This document shows positions 38,330 to 49,538 of a stretch of DNA of 64,000 bases, piece after piece (positions within the stretch are counted from its first letter, which is position 1; every line of letters begins with the position of its first letter). Where the stretch lies: the NCBI GenBank assembly GCA_024613925.1, contig GCA_024613925.1_4713.1; one strand, 5' to 3'. Made by a program: the position numbers and the translations under genes. The DNA comes from a phage. Under the pieces are notes generated by a model. That model was not told the origin of the DNA. It searched no databases and saw only the letters and a program-made list of their open reading frames with translations.

Positions 38330-39535
38330 ATGTCTAATTACTACGACCAAGCTATTCAAACCATTCAGGAGAATAATGCGTCGTTAACACCCGAAGCTGT
38401 GGAGGCAGCGGGCAATGCGGTGTTATTCACTGATTCGGATTGGGCAATAGCGCGGAAGAATATTCGTACCAGTGTCGGTCAAGGGACATACGAGGACAGT
38501 ATCGCCAGACGGTATCGGAATGTTTCACCTATTCCAGGGAACAGCCCGATTCCGATTAACCGCGATCATGCCGGTATTACCTTCTTCACACGACCTAATT
38601 TACATCTTACCGACGCGAACTTAAAACGAGATCGACGTTTGTGGTCGTTACGCACGGATAACCCTAACAGTATTCAGGCTGTTGTCCGCGACTACTTGGA
38701 CCCTGTGGGTGCCAGAAAGCGGAACCATCGAGGACGTGCCATCGTCGATGAGCGCAATCCATTCATAAGTATACTGACGGACAACCTGACGGATATCAGC
38801 GGTTTCAATGACATGGAAATGCAGGTCTATCAGGGCAAACCGGGATTACGCCAAGAAACCGTTGTGATGGCTGACGGTTCAGTGGATATGTTTCAACCCT
38901 ATAACCTGAACGCGACGTTCAAGAACATCATGGGTAACCCCATCATGTTCCTTCATTATATTTGGTTGATTTACATCGCTGGTGTGCATAATGGCGAACT
39001 GACGCCAAGCCCTCAGGCCATCATCGATAACGAAATGGATTACTGGACAAGATGTTATCGTATCATCTTGGATCCGACTGGGATGTATGTTCGTTATATC
39101 TTCGCACCGACCGCGATGTTTCCTGTCGGGTTACCGATCGGTAATATGGCTAACTACAGCATCGATAAACCCTTCACGCAGGATAACGAACGTATCACTA
39201 TCCCATACCAAGCGGTTGGTAATAACGCATTCGATGAAATTCTGAAGGATGAATTCAATCGACTTGTCTTGATGTTCTATTACGGTGAGAACGATACCCG
39301 TACGTTCCTTGAAGATGAGGAGTTGGTACCTATCTCACCCTACGAACGTCGAATCATGTCGTATCGTGTCGATATGTATCCATTTATTCATCCGTTGACC
39401 TCAGAGCTTCTTTGGTTCGTACCCGCTGATGATTACAACGAATTCTATCTGGATCTTGAGCCGTCGGCGTTACCACCGGATACGTTCAGTCGCGATCTTG
39501 TCCGAACCACCATTCCGCAAAATTACGAGGGATAA
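38330..39535 (+). CDS. hypothetical protein (about 401 aa), likely structural
   Basis: ORF-track start is TTG 38297; ATG 38330 has AAAGGAAAG RBS. Confidence 0.55.
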   Translation: MSNYYDQAIQTIQENNASLTPEAVEAAGNAVLFTDSDWAIARKNIRTSVGQGTYEDSIARRYRNVSPIPGNSPIPINRDHAGITFFTRPNLHLTDANLKRDRRLWSLRTDNPNSIQAVVRDYLDPVGARKRNHRGRAIVDERNPFISILTDNLTDISGFNDMEMQVYQGKPGLRQETVVMADGSVDMFQPYNLNATFKNIMGNPIMFLHYIWLIYIAGVHNGELTPSPQAIIDNEMDYWTRCYRIILDPTGMYVRYIFAPTAMFPVGLPIGNMANYSIDKPFTQDNERITIPYQAVGNNAFDEILKDEFNRLVLMFYYGENDTRTFLEDEELVPISPYERRIMSYRVDMYPFIHPLTSELLWFVPADDYNEFYLDLEPSALPPDTFSRDLVRTTIPQNYEG

Positions 39536-39538
39536 TAA

Positions 39539-42532
39539 ATGAGCGTAACCAACAAAGATCTTGCTGAACAGCTCAATCGCTATATGCTTTCACCTATTGA
39601 AATGCAGGCTGTTGCAAGCGATATGATTCGTTTGGCCTCTGATGGCGAGTTAACCCTGGTTGACCCCAGCTGTCCGTTTGTTTATCTGCTGGAGGTTGCA
39701 ACAGCAACGGCGGCGAACCAGAACGCACGAGATGAGTCCCGTGTTCGCGAACTGTATCCGAAGCTTGCAACCAACTGGAGCCAGCTCTATCGTTGGATGT
39801 ATGACGAGTCGTACGTCGGACGTTTCGCAATGCCGGGTAAAACGGAAATCATTTATTCGTTAGGGTATCAGGAAATCCTCGACCGGGCTGTAGAGATTCC
39901 CAACACCATCGCCTCCGATGATTTAAGCCGTTCTTACAGCCGTAAGTTAGTGATACCACGTACGACGGCGTTTACGGTAGCCGGAATGGATTTCGGGTTG
40001 CATTATCCCATCGAAATCCAAGTACAGGCGCACGATCAGATACGCGTTGTTTATAACACCGATAACATCAGCCCGTTGCAAACCTTGGAGAGTAACCAAG
40101 TTGAGTACGGGGTTGTTCGCGTAAAAGCGGGTAAAGTGTTGGTGATGCGTATCCCGCTGTTCCAGTTTAAAACGCTGGTAAAAGATGTGCCGTTTAACAG
40201 CGTTCACGGGATGAACAGCAGCATTACCTTCGAAGATCAGTTTTACCATTGTCGTGCGTACATGTCGTCGGACAACGATACCTGGACGGAGATAGCGACA
40301 ACACACAGCCAGCAGATCTACGATCCGTTAACACCAACCATCGCGTTACAAGTAGAAGGGAACAAACTGAACTGGCGTGTTCCTGAAATTTATTTGTCTC
40401 AAGGTACGATGGATAAAAGCACCATTCGACTTGAGGTGTTGACGACGAAAGGGAAAATCAGCGTCGACCCGTCTGATTACGACGTGACCGATTGGAAAGA
40501 TAACTACATCGATTTGTCGCCAAAAGCCGAACAGAAATACAGTGCGCCGCTAAGTGCGTTCAATATTAAAGGGATTTATAGTGAAGGGGCATTGTCGGGT
40601 GGACGATCTGCGTTAACGTTCGAGGAACAACGTGAACGCGTTATGGCGGGCGTGAACAAAACCAAGGTGCCGATCACAGGAACGCAGGTAGAGCTGGTGC
40701 TTCAAGATGCGGGTTATGGGATGGTGACCACCATCGATAACGTAACCAATCGTTCGTTCCTGGCAACCCGAGATTTACCGCAATTGAGCGACAGCGTGCC
40801 GCAAGCCGGTTCGTTGATGGGGTCTTTCTATACGTCAGCCGCAGCATTGGTGAAAAGTAAGTTTGTCGCTGATAACGGCGATCGTATTACGATTAAACCG
40901 GATTGCTTGTATCGTGACAGTAACGGAAGTATCGCGCTGTTGTCGGACGATGAAATTGACCGTATTAATGCAGGCAACTCCGATGCGAAGTTGAACGCGG
41001 TAAACAACACCATGTTGTTTTACAGTCCGTTTCATTACGTATTAGACGCAACAAGCGATTTCGACATCCATGCTTATTACCTGGATGCCCCTAAGATCGG
41101 CACACAAGCATTCCTCGACGCGAACGAGACAATCCCGTTAACCGCTATGGTGACCGGATACCGTCTGGATCGTATCGCTGAAGGATATCGTCTAAGCCTC
41201 ATTGTAGAAGGTAACGACGCATGGAAGGCGCTCGACGATAAAAACGTGCACATCCAGCTGGGGTTCAATCCGCGGGGTGAGGGCGATTATGCGACGATGT
41301 TGGCGTCACCGACAACCGATGAACAAGGTCGTCGTTTGTTCACCTTCGATATCACCACGAATTATGATTTTACGCGGATCCTGGCCGATGATTCCACGGC
41401 GTATGAACCGTATATCGCACTGACTTCGTTCTCGATGTATGAATCAACACCGCGGGATTATTGGGCATCACTGCAGCAGTATTTGGAAATCTTCCATGTG
41501 GTGACGGATTACGCACCGGAAGATGTCGACGGTATTTTACACAGTGCTTCCGATAATTACCTGGTTAAGAAACTTACGCTTCAAAATGGGTATTGTTTCT
41601 ACCGTGAACGTCTCACCGCAACCTTTGGTTATGATCTGGATGGCCTTTGGATGCGTTCTCGTACGGTGGCCTCGGAGATCACGTATAAACGTTACACCGA
41701 GAACATCCCGTGGGTGTATGACGAAGACATTCCAGCGACGGATGAGACCGGTTCGGTTATCATCGAGCAAGGTGATGATGGTACGTTGTCGGTTAAATAT
41801 CTGCATCGTAAAGGTGACCCGAAATTAAACAGTGATGGAAGCCAAGCCTATCGTTATCTGAAAGGCGACATCATGAAAGATAATTACGGTAATCCGATCC
41901 CTGTCGATGAACGTGAGGTTCTGCGTAACCTGGACATGTTCTTTATCGATGCGTCGTATCTGCTCGCGAACGATACGGACGTGATTGACTATCGTAACAC
42001 GATTCCTACACAGCTTATTGAGTGGATTCAGAACGATATCAGCACGTTCAGGAATTTCTGTTATGAGGAAACAGCGATTTCACTGTATCCTAAGCAATCG
42101 CTGGGGTATGTGGATGTTATTGTGGAAAACGGATTGGAAACAACGCTTCCTGCTGCCTTATCGTTCAACGTGACGCTTTACTTACCGGCTAAGCAATACG
42201 CAGACTTGGATCTACGTCAAGTCCTTCAAGCGATGGTATCGAAAGTCATCAATGAATGTTTAACATCCCGTACGGTGGCTAAAGCAGAAATGATCGCGAT
42301 GATTCGTGAAGAGGGTGGTGACGACATCCTGAACGTTGAAATCGATGATTTTGGACCAGGTAAGAACCTCAGTGTTTATACCGCGAAGAACGATGGTGTT
42401 CGTTGTGCGGTGAAGAAAGAGCTTTATGTGAAAGCGGATGGTATCTTGTCCGTACGCGAAGCGATTGATGTGAATTTTGTGAAACACGCACAAAGCAACA
42501 GTTCAGCGCTAGCGCAAGGCCTTCGTGTCTAA
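39539..42532 (+). CDS. large hypothetical protein (997 aa), virion-type candidate
   Basis: ATG with GAGGGA RBS, 3 nt after the previous stop; ends at hairpin 42554-42585. Confidence 0.55.
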   Translation: MSVTNKDLAEQLNRYMLSPIEMQAVASDMIRLASDGELTLVDPSCPFVYLLEVATATAANQNARDESRVRELYPKLATNWSQLYRWMYDESYVGRFAMPGKTEIIYSLGYQEILDRAVEIPNTIASDDLSRSYSRKLVIPRTTAFTVAGMDFGLHYPIEIQVQAHDQIRVVYNTDNISPLQTLESNQVEYGVVRVKAGKVLVMRIPLFQFKTLVKDVPFNSVHGMNSSITFEDQFYHCRAYMSSDNDTWTEIATTHSQQIYDPLTPTIALQVEGNKLNWRVPEIYLSQGTMDKSTIRLEVLTTKGKISVDPSDYDVTDWKDNYIDLSPKAEQKYSAPLSAFNIKGIYSEGALSGGRSALTFEEQRERVMAGVNKTKVPITGTQVELVLQDAGYGMVTTIDNVTNRSFLATRDLPQLSDSVPQAGSLMGSFYTSAAALVKSKFVADNGDRITIKPDCLYRDSNGSIALLSDDEIDRINAGNSDAKLNAVNNTMLFYSPFHYVLDATSDFDIHAYYLDAPKIGTQAFLDANETIPLTAMVTGYRLDRIAEGYRLSLIVEGNDAWKALDDKNVHIQLGFNPRGEGDYATMLASPTTDEQGRRLFTFDITTNYDFTRILADDSTAYEPYIALTSFSMYESTPRDYWASLQQYLEIFHVVTDYAPEDVDGILHSASDNYLVKKLTLQNGYCFYRERLTATFGYDLDGLWMRSRTVASEITYKRYTENIPWVYDEDIPATDETGSVIIEQGDDGTLSVKYLHRKGDPKLNSDGSQAYRYLKGDIMKDNYGNPIPVDEREVLRNLDMFFIDASYLLANDTDVIDYRNTIPTQLIEWIQNDISTFRNFCYEETAISLYPKQSLGYVDVIVENGLETTLPAALSFNVTLYLPAKQYADLDLRQVLQAMVSKVINECLTSRTVAKAEMIAMIREEGGDDILNVEIDDFGPGKNLSVYTAKNDGVRCAVKKELYVKADGILSVREAIDVNFVKHAQSNSSALAQGLRV

Positions 42533-42553
42533 AACAAAATAGCATGAGCATAA

Positions 42554-42585
42554 CCCTCCTCCTTCCCTGATGGGAAGGAGGAGGG
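42554..42585. terminator. perfect 14-bp GC-rich stem-loop between convergent genes; candidate bidirectional terminator
   Basis: CCCTCCTCCTTCCC-tgat-GGGAAGGAGGAGGG; family variant in which the usual 2x2 internal loop is base-paired. Confidence 0.55.
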
Positions 42586-42594
42586 AATATGCTG

Positions 42595-45500
42595 TTATCT
42601 TACGTTATTGCTATTCTGCTGTTCGCTGAACCAACCGTACACCTTGAGATCGGTACCGTATTTCAATGCGATATACGCATTGAGCGCAGCACAGAACAAA
42701 GACGCGAATGCCCATATCAGCGAAGGATCAACATCTTCCGTTACCACCGGGAGAGTATTATCCGGTTCCCACGATGGAGAACCGTCCATGAACGTCGTGT
42801 ACCATTCCCGCCGTTGTTCTTCGGTGGTAAAGTCGCTATGGGGTTCCAATGCTTCTTTTGCCAAACGTCGATATTCGAACATATGCGTTGCTAAAGCCGA
42901 TGAGTTACCAGATTCGCCTTCATAGTTCGGATCCACCGCATAACAGAGTTCTGTTGAATCTAACAAAGCAACCGCCTGTGTGATGCTGTCGGCAGTGCCT
43001 GCACCATAGAGCTCGATAGACTGCGAAAGCTTCTCACAGAACGCATTTAACGCGGCAGGATTGGACACCTGAAGGTCAAGGCCTAATGTCCACGGATAGT
43101 TACTGAACACACCCGTAAACCGCGGCATGACACCCAACAGATGTTGTCCGATTACGGCACGGTTATAAACAGCCCGGTTATAGACTTGAAACGCAGCCTC
43201 CAAGGCTTGGTTATAATGACGACGAAGTTCGTCACGCGAGTTGCGGAATCTGTTTGCCGCAAGACTCGTGGCTGCGACGCTACAAACATCGTAATTGGTG
43301 GACGAGAGCACAGTTTCGTTAAGATCGAACGATTCCTGTTTCAACGATCCGCTAACCGCTGCTGCTTCGCTGTTTGCTTTATCGACAACTGTACTCAAAG
43401 CGTTGATGTAACGTTTCGCTCGGACTTCCAACCATTGTGCAATGCCGAGAATATCCACCGCAGCTTTAGCAAGATCGCGTGCATTCACGATTTCGTTCTT
43501 CAACGCCCCTAAACCTTTATTCTCAGGCGAAGAGGCTTGTTGACGAATCATGCTGTTCAACATGGTAAGCAGATTATCCAACTCATGTCCACTGACCTTG
43601 TTACGCGCATCGGTAATCGGCCCTTGCAGGAATTTACGGCAACCGTCGTTGTATCGAATCAGTTTATCCACATCGATCGATTCGTTCGTAGATTCCTTGA
43701 ACTGATCCTTCAATTCTTCACGGTAGTCATGGATTTCACTTGCGAGATTATCGATAGTGATACCGTTATGTCCAAGAAGAACTTTATTGAAGCTACCTTT
43801 CTCGAATGCAAGAGCAAGACCTTCACGAATCTTAGCGAGTTTATCCTGATCGAGTTCACGACCGTTCGATAGCTCTTTCACTTCCGAGCTGATTAGTGCC
43901 GCAACGTTACCCAGATTGTCGGTAACCCCTTTGAACGCTCCCGACCAGATCGTTCCTGCTTCAGCATATTTCGCAATGGTCTGAATACCGACGGTGTGCA
44001 GCGACGCTAAACGTTTCTTCGTGCCTTCGGTAAGCAGTGCGTCTTTAGCTCGCGTAAGTTGACTGTTATTAGCTTCCGCCTGCTGAATCGCCGCTTTCGC
44101 ACTTCCATTACGCCAGCTCTTAACCAACCAATCAACCAAACGTTTTAAGATGTTGACGGTGTATTCCATCGTCCGCCGTAACGTTTCCCACGCGCTTTCT
44201 GCGGTATAGATGCCGTACCCTTCCATCTTCAACGCTTTCAAGCTTGTTTGACGTGCCAACCATTCTACCGTTGCAGAACAAACGTTTACTAATGCTTCCA
44301 GGTAGTTGTAATAGACGTCTGTTGCGGCCGTTTCGTTGAGCTTTGAATGCAGATAAAACTGATCGTAAAGTTCGTCGTCATCGCCGAAGGCATCGTAGTT
44401 CCACAGCTCAGTATCGCAGCCTGTGCCGCAGAAGACGTCTGCTGTTGTAAACTCTTTAAGCGCTTTAGCCGCATCATTCGTCAGGAATTTACCTGTTTCA
44501 ACTACATCATCGACGTTAAGCTTGGGGAGTTCATCAGTAACTGGCTCTTGCAACATTAACGTGTTGAAGAATGCGTTGTACTTGTATCCGAGCCATTTTG
44601 GATAACTGCTTTCAGGTATCGTAGACAACGGCTTGATTTTCTTGGCTTCAGCCAGCGTGTCTTTTGCAACCTGATATTGGTTTTCCCCGGCCTTGATACG
44701 ACGTAATGCTTTTTCTTCCAACTGCTGGAGTTTGGCATGCCGTGCTTGTGCGGGAGCTTCAACAAGTTTTTGTACCGACCGCACTGCAGAAATCGCTTCT
44801 TTTAATACGATCATCGGCATACGAACTTTGCCGTCGTCAAAACTAAGAGCCCGAGCGACACGCTTACTTACGACAGGTTTGTCGTGGATATTTCGTTCCA
44901 CCCACGATTTGTTTGCGTAAGTTTGGGTGAGCTGCTGCTGGATATTTTCAAGGTATTTCCAGCTTTTGGACGCTTTGCTATCCAAAAGCGGATTCGGTCC
45001 CTTCTTATCGAAAAGTTTCAGAATCGGATCAAAGAAACCTTCCTGTACGAGATCGATACACGTGTAACCATCAGCCGCTTCGATTTCCTCTTGGGTTTTA
45101 TCCCAGAGTTGTTCACTGTGTACCGCACGAGCTGTTTCTGATACGGACATAATAACTTCAGTGACAACCTCAGCGTAAGACAATACTGCCCGCACCCACT
45201 CTACCAACATACGCTGATAGATAACACGTTGACATTGACAACGTGTGATGATGGCGAGATAACTTACGCTGTCGAGTTGTTCATTCGTACGAACATCCTC
45301 AACTTGTTCAATTAGTTGTTTAACTAACTGTGCTGTCTCTGGGTAATCGTGGACGACGTCGCGAATAACTTGCGAAGCATACACTGCGGTACCAAGGGCG
45401 AGATGGAGTTTGGTTGCATCCCACTCTTTTTCTGCTGTTGCCGGATTGTTCGGTATTAGGTAACCGATATCGTCGAAATATGGCTTAATAACATCGATAT

Positions 45501-46191
45501 TAGTCTTACTCTTAGTCGGTATCAGCGTATCATCAATGTTGCTTTGGTCTGGTGTTAATGCTAGCATACCCTTGAGAATTTGAGTATCAGCAGCGTATAA
45601 CGAAGTTAATGCTTCAGTTACGTCAGCGAGATCGATAATAGGCGACCATACCTTCAAGAGTTTACTTTCGTATTTCTCAATCGCGATTTCGATATCTTCC
45701 TTTACATCGGGATGATCGATAAGACGACCTACCGTCTGTTGTATCTCGGCAAATCGGTTGACATGATTTTGAGTCAATGCGGTAAAATCGTCAACGTACG
45801 ACGCATTGTCTTCAAGACGCGTAAGTTCCTGCTCCAGAAGATCTTTTACTTGCGTGGCGGATGCGTTTCTCAACTGTTCCCCGATAATCGCGATGGCTTT
45901 ATCGACAACACGGCAGGCTTCATTGAAACCGGTTGTTGAAGGTAACTCGGTCCATAATGCCAGCGGCTTACCTTCCATTGCGTCAGGAAGGGAATATGAC
46001 AACATTGCTAGTTGTTGACGTGATACCTGTTTGTCACGATGTAACGTTTCTTTCAACGCCAGAAGCTCATCAAGACCCACACTGCTAGGGATCGTGGGAT
46101 GTGATACGGCGTTGATATTTTCTGTCAATGACTCAAGAACCAATAAACCATTTTCAGCGGAAGATAACCCTGCTTTAAGGTATTTGTTCAT
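42595..46191 (-). CDS. giant hypothetical protein (1198 aa), predominantly helical by composition
   Basis: ATG with GGAG RBS immediately after hairpin 46207-46237; no catalytic motif recognised. Confidence 0.55.
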   Translation of the reverse strand: MNKYLKAGLSSAENGLLVLESLTENINAVSHPTIPSSVGLDELLALKETLHRDKQVSRQQLAMLSYSLPDAMEGKPLALWTELPSTTGFNEACRVVDKAIAIIGEQLRNASATQVKDLLEQELTRLEDNASYVDDFTALTQNHVNRFAEIQQTVGRLIDHPDVKEDIEIAIEKYESKLLKVWSPIIDLADVTEALTSLYAADTQILKGMLALTPDQSNIDDTLIPTKSKTNIDVIKPYFDDIGYLIPNNPATAEKEWDATKLHLALGTAVYASQVIRDVVHDYPETAQLVKQLIEQVEDVRTNEQLDSVSYLAIITRCQCQRVIYQRMLVEWVRAVLSYAEVVTEVIMSVSETARAVHSEQLWDKTQEEIEAADGYTCIDLVQEGFFDPILKLFDKKGPNPLLDSKASKSWKYLENIQQQLTQTYANKSWVERNIHDKPVVSKRVARALSFDDGKVRMPMIVLKEAISAVRSVQKLVEAPAQARHAKLQQLEEKALRRIKAGENQYQVAKDTLAEAKKIKPLSTIPESSYPKWLGYKYNAFFNTLMLQEPVTDELPKLNVDDVVETGKFLTNDAAKALKEFTTADVFCGTGCDTELWNYDAFGDDDELYDQFYLHSKLNETAATDVYYNYLEALVNVCSATVEWLARQTSLKALKMEGYGIYTAESAWETLRRTMEYTVNILKRLVDWLVKSWRNGSAKAAIQQAEANNSQLTRAKDALLTEGTKKRLASLHTVGIQTIAKYAEAGTIWSGAFKGVTDNLGNVAALISSEVKELSNGRELDQDKLAKIREGLALAFEKGSFNKVLLGHNGITIDNLASEIHDYREELKDQFKESTNESIDVDKLIRYNDGCRKFLQGPITDARNKVSGHELDNLLTMLNSMIRQQASSPENKGLGALKNEIVNARDLAKAAVDILGIAQWLEVRAKRYINALSTVVDKANSEAAAVSGSLKQESFDLNETVLSSTNYDVCSVAATSLAANRFRNSRDELRRHYNQALEAAFQVYNRAVYNRAVIGQHLLGVMPRFTGVFSNYPWTLGLDLQVSNPAALNAFCEKLSQSIELYGAGTADSITQAVALLDSTELCYAVDPNYEGESGNSSALATHMFEYRRLAKEALEPHSDFTTEEQRREWYTTFMDGSPSWEPDNTLPVVTEDVDPSLIWAFASLFCAALNAYIALKYGTDLKVYGWFSEQQNSNNVR

Positions 46192-46206
46192 AAAACACTC
46201 CGTTGA

Positions 46207-46237
46207 CCTAGGTGGAGGCCAATAACCTCCACCTAGG
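46207..46237. promoter_or_regulatory. 12-bp stem-loop just upstream of the RBS of the 1198-aa gene
   Basis: CCTAGGTGGAGG-ccaataa-CCTCCACCTAGG; different sequence from the main hairpin family. Confidence 0.45.
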
Positions 46238-46272
46238 GTTGAACAACGCGTACGGTTATACGGTACGCACGA

Positions 46273-49068
46273 TTACGCTAATTTACCGAAACCGGCTTTC
46301 TGTAGTTTCTCGTTGATCAGTTTTGCTTCCGCGAAAACATAATCACGATACGCAGTAACTAATCCGTCCACCCGTGAGCGCAAGGCTTCTTCGAAGCTAT
46401 ACCACGCAGCGATTTCACGAATCTGTGCGTTGATATAATCAACGGTTGAGTGAAGCTCGGTTGCGTTTTCTTGCGGGATGGCTTTCACCTGGCGAGCAAC
46501 GTCATTTAAACGACGGAACTGTGTTTCGATTTCTTTAAACTTACTGTCGGCAAGTTTGCTGAATTCATCACCGGAACGGGTAAATAACAGATAGCTGTTG
46601 CCGTCAAGTGCGGTCGCTAACTGCTGAAGTACGTTGGTGTCCGGATACACTGGGGTACCGCTTTGCAGTACTTTCTCACCGAATTCCGCGAAGTCCTTCG
46701 GTGGTAAGTGCGCAGACGTTGTCAACTCGTTGAAACGGAAAGTCAGCGAATTATCATACAGCATCCGGTACGCTTCCATACCCTGTTTCATGGTACCAGC
46801 CAGGTTAGCCAGACGCGGAGCAATCTCGCCTTCTTTAGCGCGTTTCTGGTCTTCTAACGCCCCTTCGAGTTCTTTACACTGGTCGTTCAGATACACGATA
46901 CGATCGGGACGCAGACGACGCATCTCACGAAGAATAGTATCCAGCTTACCTTCCTGGAAATAACCTAACGTTAAAGACGTACACGCTTGCTGAAGACGAT
47001 CGAACACCGGTAAGGTTACCATCTCTTTACGGATACCATCAACAATCGCAGAAACAGCCGAAAGTTTCTGTTCGGTAGTTAATGGAACGTCAGAGACCGA
47101 CTTACTCGGCGCACCAACAACGTTACGCATTGCGTCGGTATCCTCGGTTTTATCAACCTCTTTACGAACATGCTCGTCAGGAACATAAACGTTCGCGTTA
47201 CGTTTCGCCTGCTTGATAGCATCGCTGGCCGCTTTTTCGGTGGCAGCTACGCTATCGGTACGTTTCTTCAAGAGTTCGATAATCCAGAGCAACAGACGAC
47301 GAATCGCGGTATAGGCCGTCGTGATGATGACGCCGATAACAGCCATCTTCATGATACCGAACGATTCCATGGTCGGCTCTAACGCCTGGTCTGGCATATA
47401 CCGTTCACGTAGCTCGAGATAGATCTGCTCGTCCGGTTTGCTGATCTCACCACGATGCGATGTCCGATAGATAGCTTCATCAATTTCAACAAGATCTTTG
47501 CGTGCCTGACGGTCTGTTTCGGTCAAATAAGCGCAGCCGGATACGTCGTCTTCAAAACTTTCGAACTTAAAGAAATCGACAACCATCTTGGCAAGCGTCT
47601 CTTTCTTAGCAGGGTCGAATGTCTTCGCATTTTCTTTTATTTCCTTGAATTTCTCTTTATAGTCATTCAAGGGTTTTACCGCCCTTGTCTTCAACGCGTT
47701 ATAGATAGTTTTCCAACTTTCTTCACGTTCTAAGATAAGGAAGTAATTTTTGAGTTCAAAAGCACGATAACGTGCAACGAGCTGCTCCACCTGAATGTGG
47801 GCGAGCTGGATATCCATTAACCAACGCGACATCGCCGAGATCAAACGGCTATAAGCGAACAACGTTTGGTAGGTTAACTTCATGTATGTTTCATACAGCT
47901 CAATATCGCCGCTCTGAATATTGGCCGTTGGATTCATTTCCTTCGTTGCTTTGAAAACTTGCTCTGCTTCTTTCAAGGTCTTCTCGAACTTAACCTCGTT
48001 GAAAGCAGTGAATGGCTCAGCCAACTCGTGCATTTTATCATGAAGCTCGCGTACCCATTCTTCCTTGTTGTTGCGAATACTGATGTCGTCATGAAGCTCG
48101 GTTTGATGTTTTCGTACCCATTCTTCCACGATATCGGCTGCGGAAACAATCGGGACGCGATCTGAAATGAGTGGGACGATCGCGTGAAGCGCCCCGACAC
48201 ATTCTGGTGTGTCCCAGTATTTTTGGAGTTCATCACGGAAACGGTTGATGTTTTCTAAGGTGGTACCTAAATCAAGGAAAGTACCGCCATTATGACTCAT
48301 TTGTGCAACCAGATCGGCAAATACCTTTTGTTTTTCGATGACAAAAGGAACCATCTGCATAAGCCACTCAGCGGTTGCTTTAGCCTTTTCTTTCAGGTTC
48401 TTATCGGCGATTTCTTTGAGGTTAATCGCACTACCGTATCCGGCCAGTTCTTTGTAAATATCACTAAGTGTCATCTCTTTATCCAACATTTCTTTGAAAC
48501 GTGGATAATCCGCACCTAACGCGTCGATGACTTCTTGGATGACGTCGTCTGTGGTAGCGATAAATTTATTTGTGCCGCCGTAATGTTTCCAGATTTTCTG
48601 TAGCATCTTCTTAAAGAATTCGAAGACGAATGTCCAGATACGCTTGATGAGTTCCCAGACTTTCTTCGCGCCATCAACAAACAGTTTAGAGACCTTAGCA
48701 ACGAATCCTTCCTGCACCAACTCAACGCCGTTACGTGACGGGATTTCCGTGAAGAAAGCATCCGGCAGTTGTTTCGGGAACGCGTCACCAAGACGCATAC
48801 GCAGTTCGGGTACATCAGCGCGAGAAATACCGCGTGTCGTTAGTTGCTCGTGAAGACGAACGTTTTCTTCACCAGAGGCTACGAATTCGTTAACATCGAA
48901 GGACACCATTGCTTCCTGATCTTCGGTGGTAACGACGCTTGAACCATCGCTGGTTTGGATGTCTTCGTCAGGGAATGCCATGAGCATACCGTGACGCATT
49001 TCAACCACCCCGTAATCGGTTGCTAAACCGAATTCGTTATGATCGGGGGTAATAACTGGGATACTCAT
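46273..49068 (-). CDS. giant hypothetical protein (931 aa) with one predicted internal TM helix
   Basis: AAGGAG RBS; ATGA overlap with the upstream gene; hydrophobic segment MAVIGVIITTAYTAIRRLLLWII near residue 570. Confidence 0.55.
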   Translation of the reverse strand: MSIPVITPDHNEFGLATDYGVVEMRHGMLMAFPDEDIQTSDGSSVVTTEDQEAMVSFDVNEFVASGEENVRLHEQLTTRGISRADVPELRMRLGDAFPKQLPDAFFTEIPSRNGVELVQEGFVAKVSKLFVDGAKKVWELIKRIWTFVFEFFKKMLQKIWKHYGGTNKFIATTDDVIQEVIDALGADYPRFKEMLDKEMTLSDIYKELAGYGSAINLKEIADKNLKEKAKATAEWLMQMVPFVIEKQKVFADLVAQMSHNGGTFLDLGTTLENINRFRDELQKYWDTPECVGALHAIVPLISDRVPIVSAADIVEEWVRKHQTELHDDISIRNNKEEWVRELHDKMHELAEPFTAFNEVKFEKTLKEAEQVFKATKEMNPTANIQSGDIELYETYMKLTYQTLFAYSRLISAMSRWLMDIQLAHIQVEQLVARYRAFELKNYFLILEREESWKTIYNALKTRAVKPLNDYKEKFKEIKENAKTFDPAKKETLAKMVVDFFKFESFEDDVSGCAYLTETDRQARKDLVEIDEAIYRTSHRGEISKPDEQIYLELRERYMPDQALEPTMESFGIMKMAVIGVIITTAYTAIRRLLLWIIELLKKRTDSVAATEKAASDAIKQAKRNANVYVPDEHVRKEVDKTEDTDAMRNVVGAPSKSVSDVPLTTEQKLSAVSAIVDGIRKEMVTLPVFDRLQQACTSLTLGYFQEGKLDTILREMRRLRPDRIVYLNDQCKELEGALEDQKRAKEGEIAPRLANLAGTMKQGMEAYRMLYDNSLTFRFNELTTSAHLPPKDFAEFGEKVLQSGTPVYPDTNVLQQLATALDGNSYLLFTRSGDEFSKLADSKFKEIETQFRRLNDVARQVKAIPQENATELHSTVDYINAQIREIAAWYSFEEALRSRVDGLVTAYRDYVFAEAKLINEKLQKAGFGKLA

Positions 49069-49505
49069 GCATTCTCTCCTTGCAGTGCGTTAGCGAAAGC
49101 CGTTGCGAGTTGCGCAACCAGCTTAGGATCAACACCTTCGATAACGTCGGGCAGTCCTGCGGTTTCTTGGTCACGAACAGCGGAGGCTAATAACAACATG
49201 GTTTCAGGTGCTGTCGGCTCGTGCACCATGCGGTAACGCAAGCACCAGAAATAGCGAGCGACGTCTAACGCGTCAGCTAACCCGATAACCAGTACCTTGT
49301 TCAGCTTATCCAGCCCTTCACGGATTTTAGGGAGATGTTCACGAACGAAGATGCTATCCGCAGTCAGATCTTCTTTTTCAGCGAATACTGGCATGCTGTA
49401 ACCGGCGATGTAACCTGCGGCAATACTTAATGCACGGGTCTGTTGTTCGGCCGGGAAGTCACGTACCAGGTCTTTCAGCTGAACGGCGAAATCAGAAATA
49501 TTCAT
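49065..49505 (-). CDS. hypothetical protein (146 aa)
   Basis: ATG with AAGGA RBS. Confidence 0.5.
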   Translation of the reverse strand: MNISDFAVQLKDLVRDFPAEQQTRALSIAAGYIAGYSMPVFAEKEDLTADSIFVREHLPKIREGLDKLNKVLVIGLADALDVARYFWCLRYRMVHEPTAPETMLLLASAVRDQETAGLPDVIEGVDPKLVAQLATAFANALQGENA

Positions 49506-49538
49506 GTTAAATTCCTTTATAGTAGAAGGTGAATTAGG

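Noticed and set aside
1898-49068. Multisubunit RNA polymerase fragments among the large proteins
   Set aside because: No NADFDGD-like (beta-prime) or GDK...RHG-like (beta) motifs found in any large ORF in the window.
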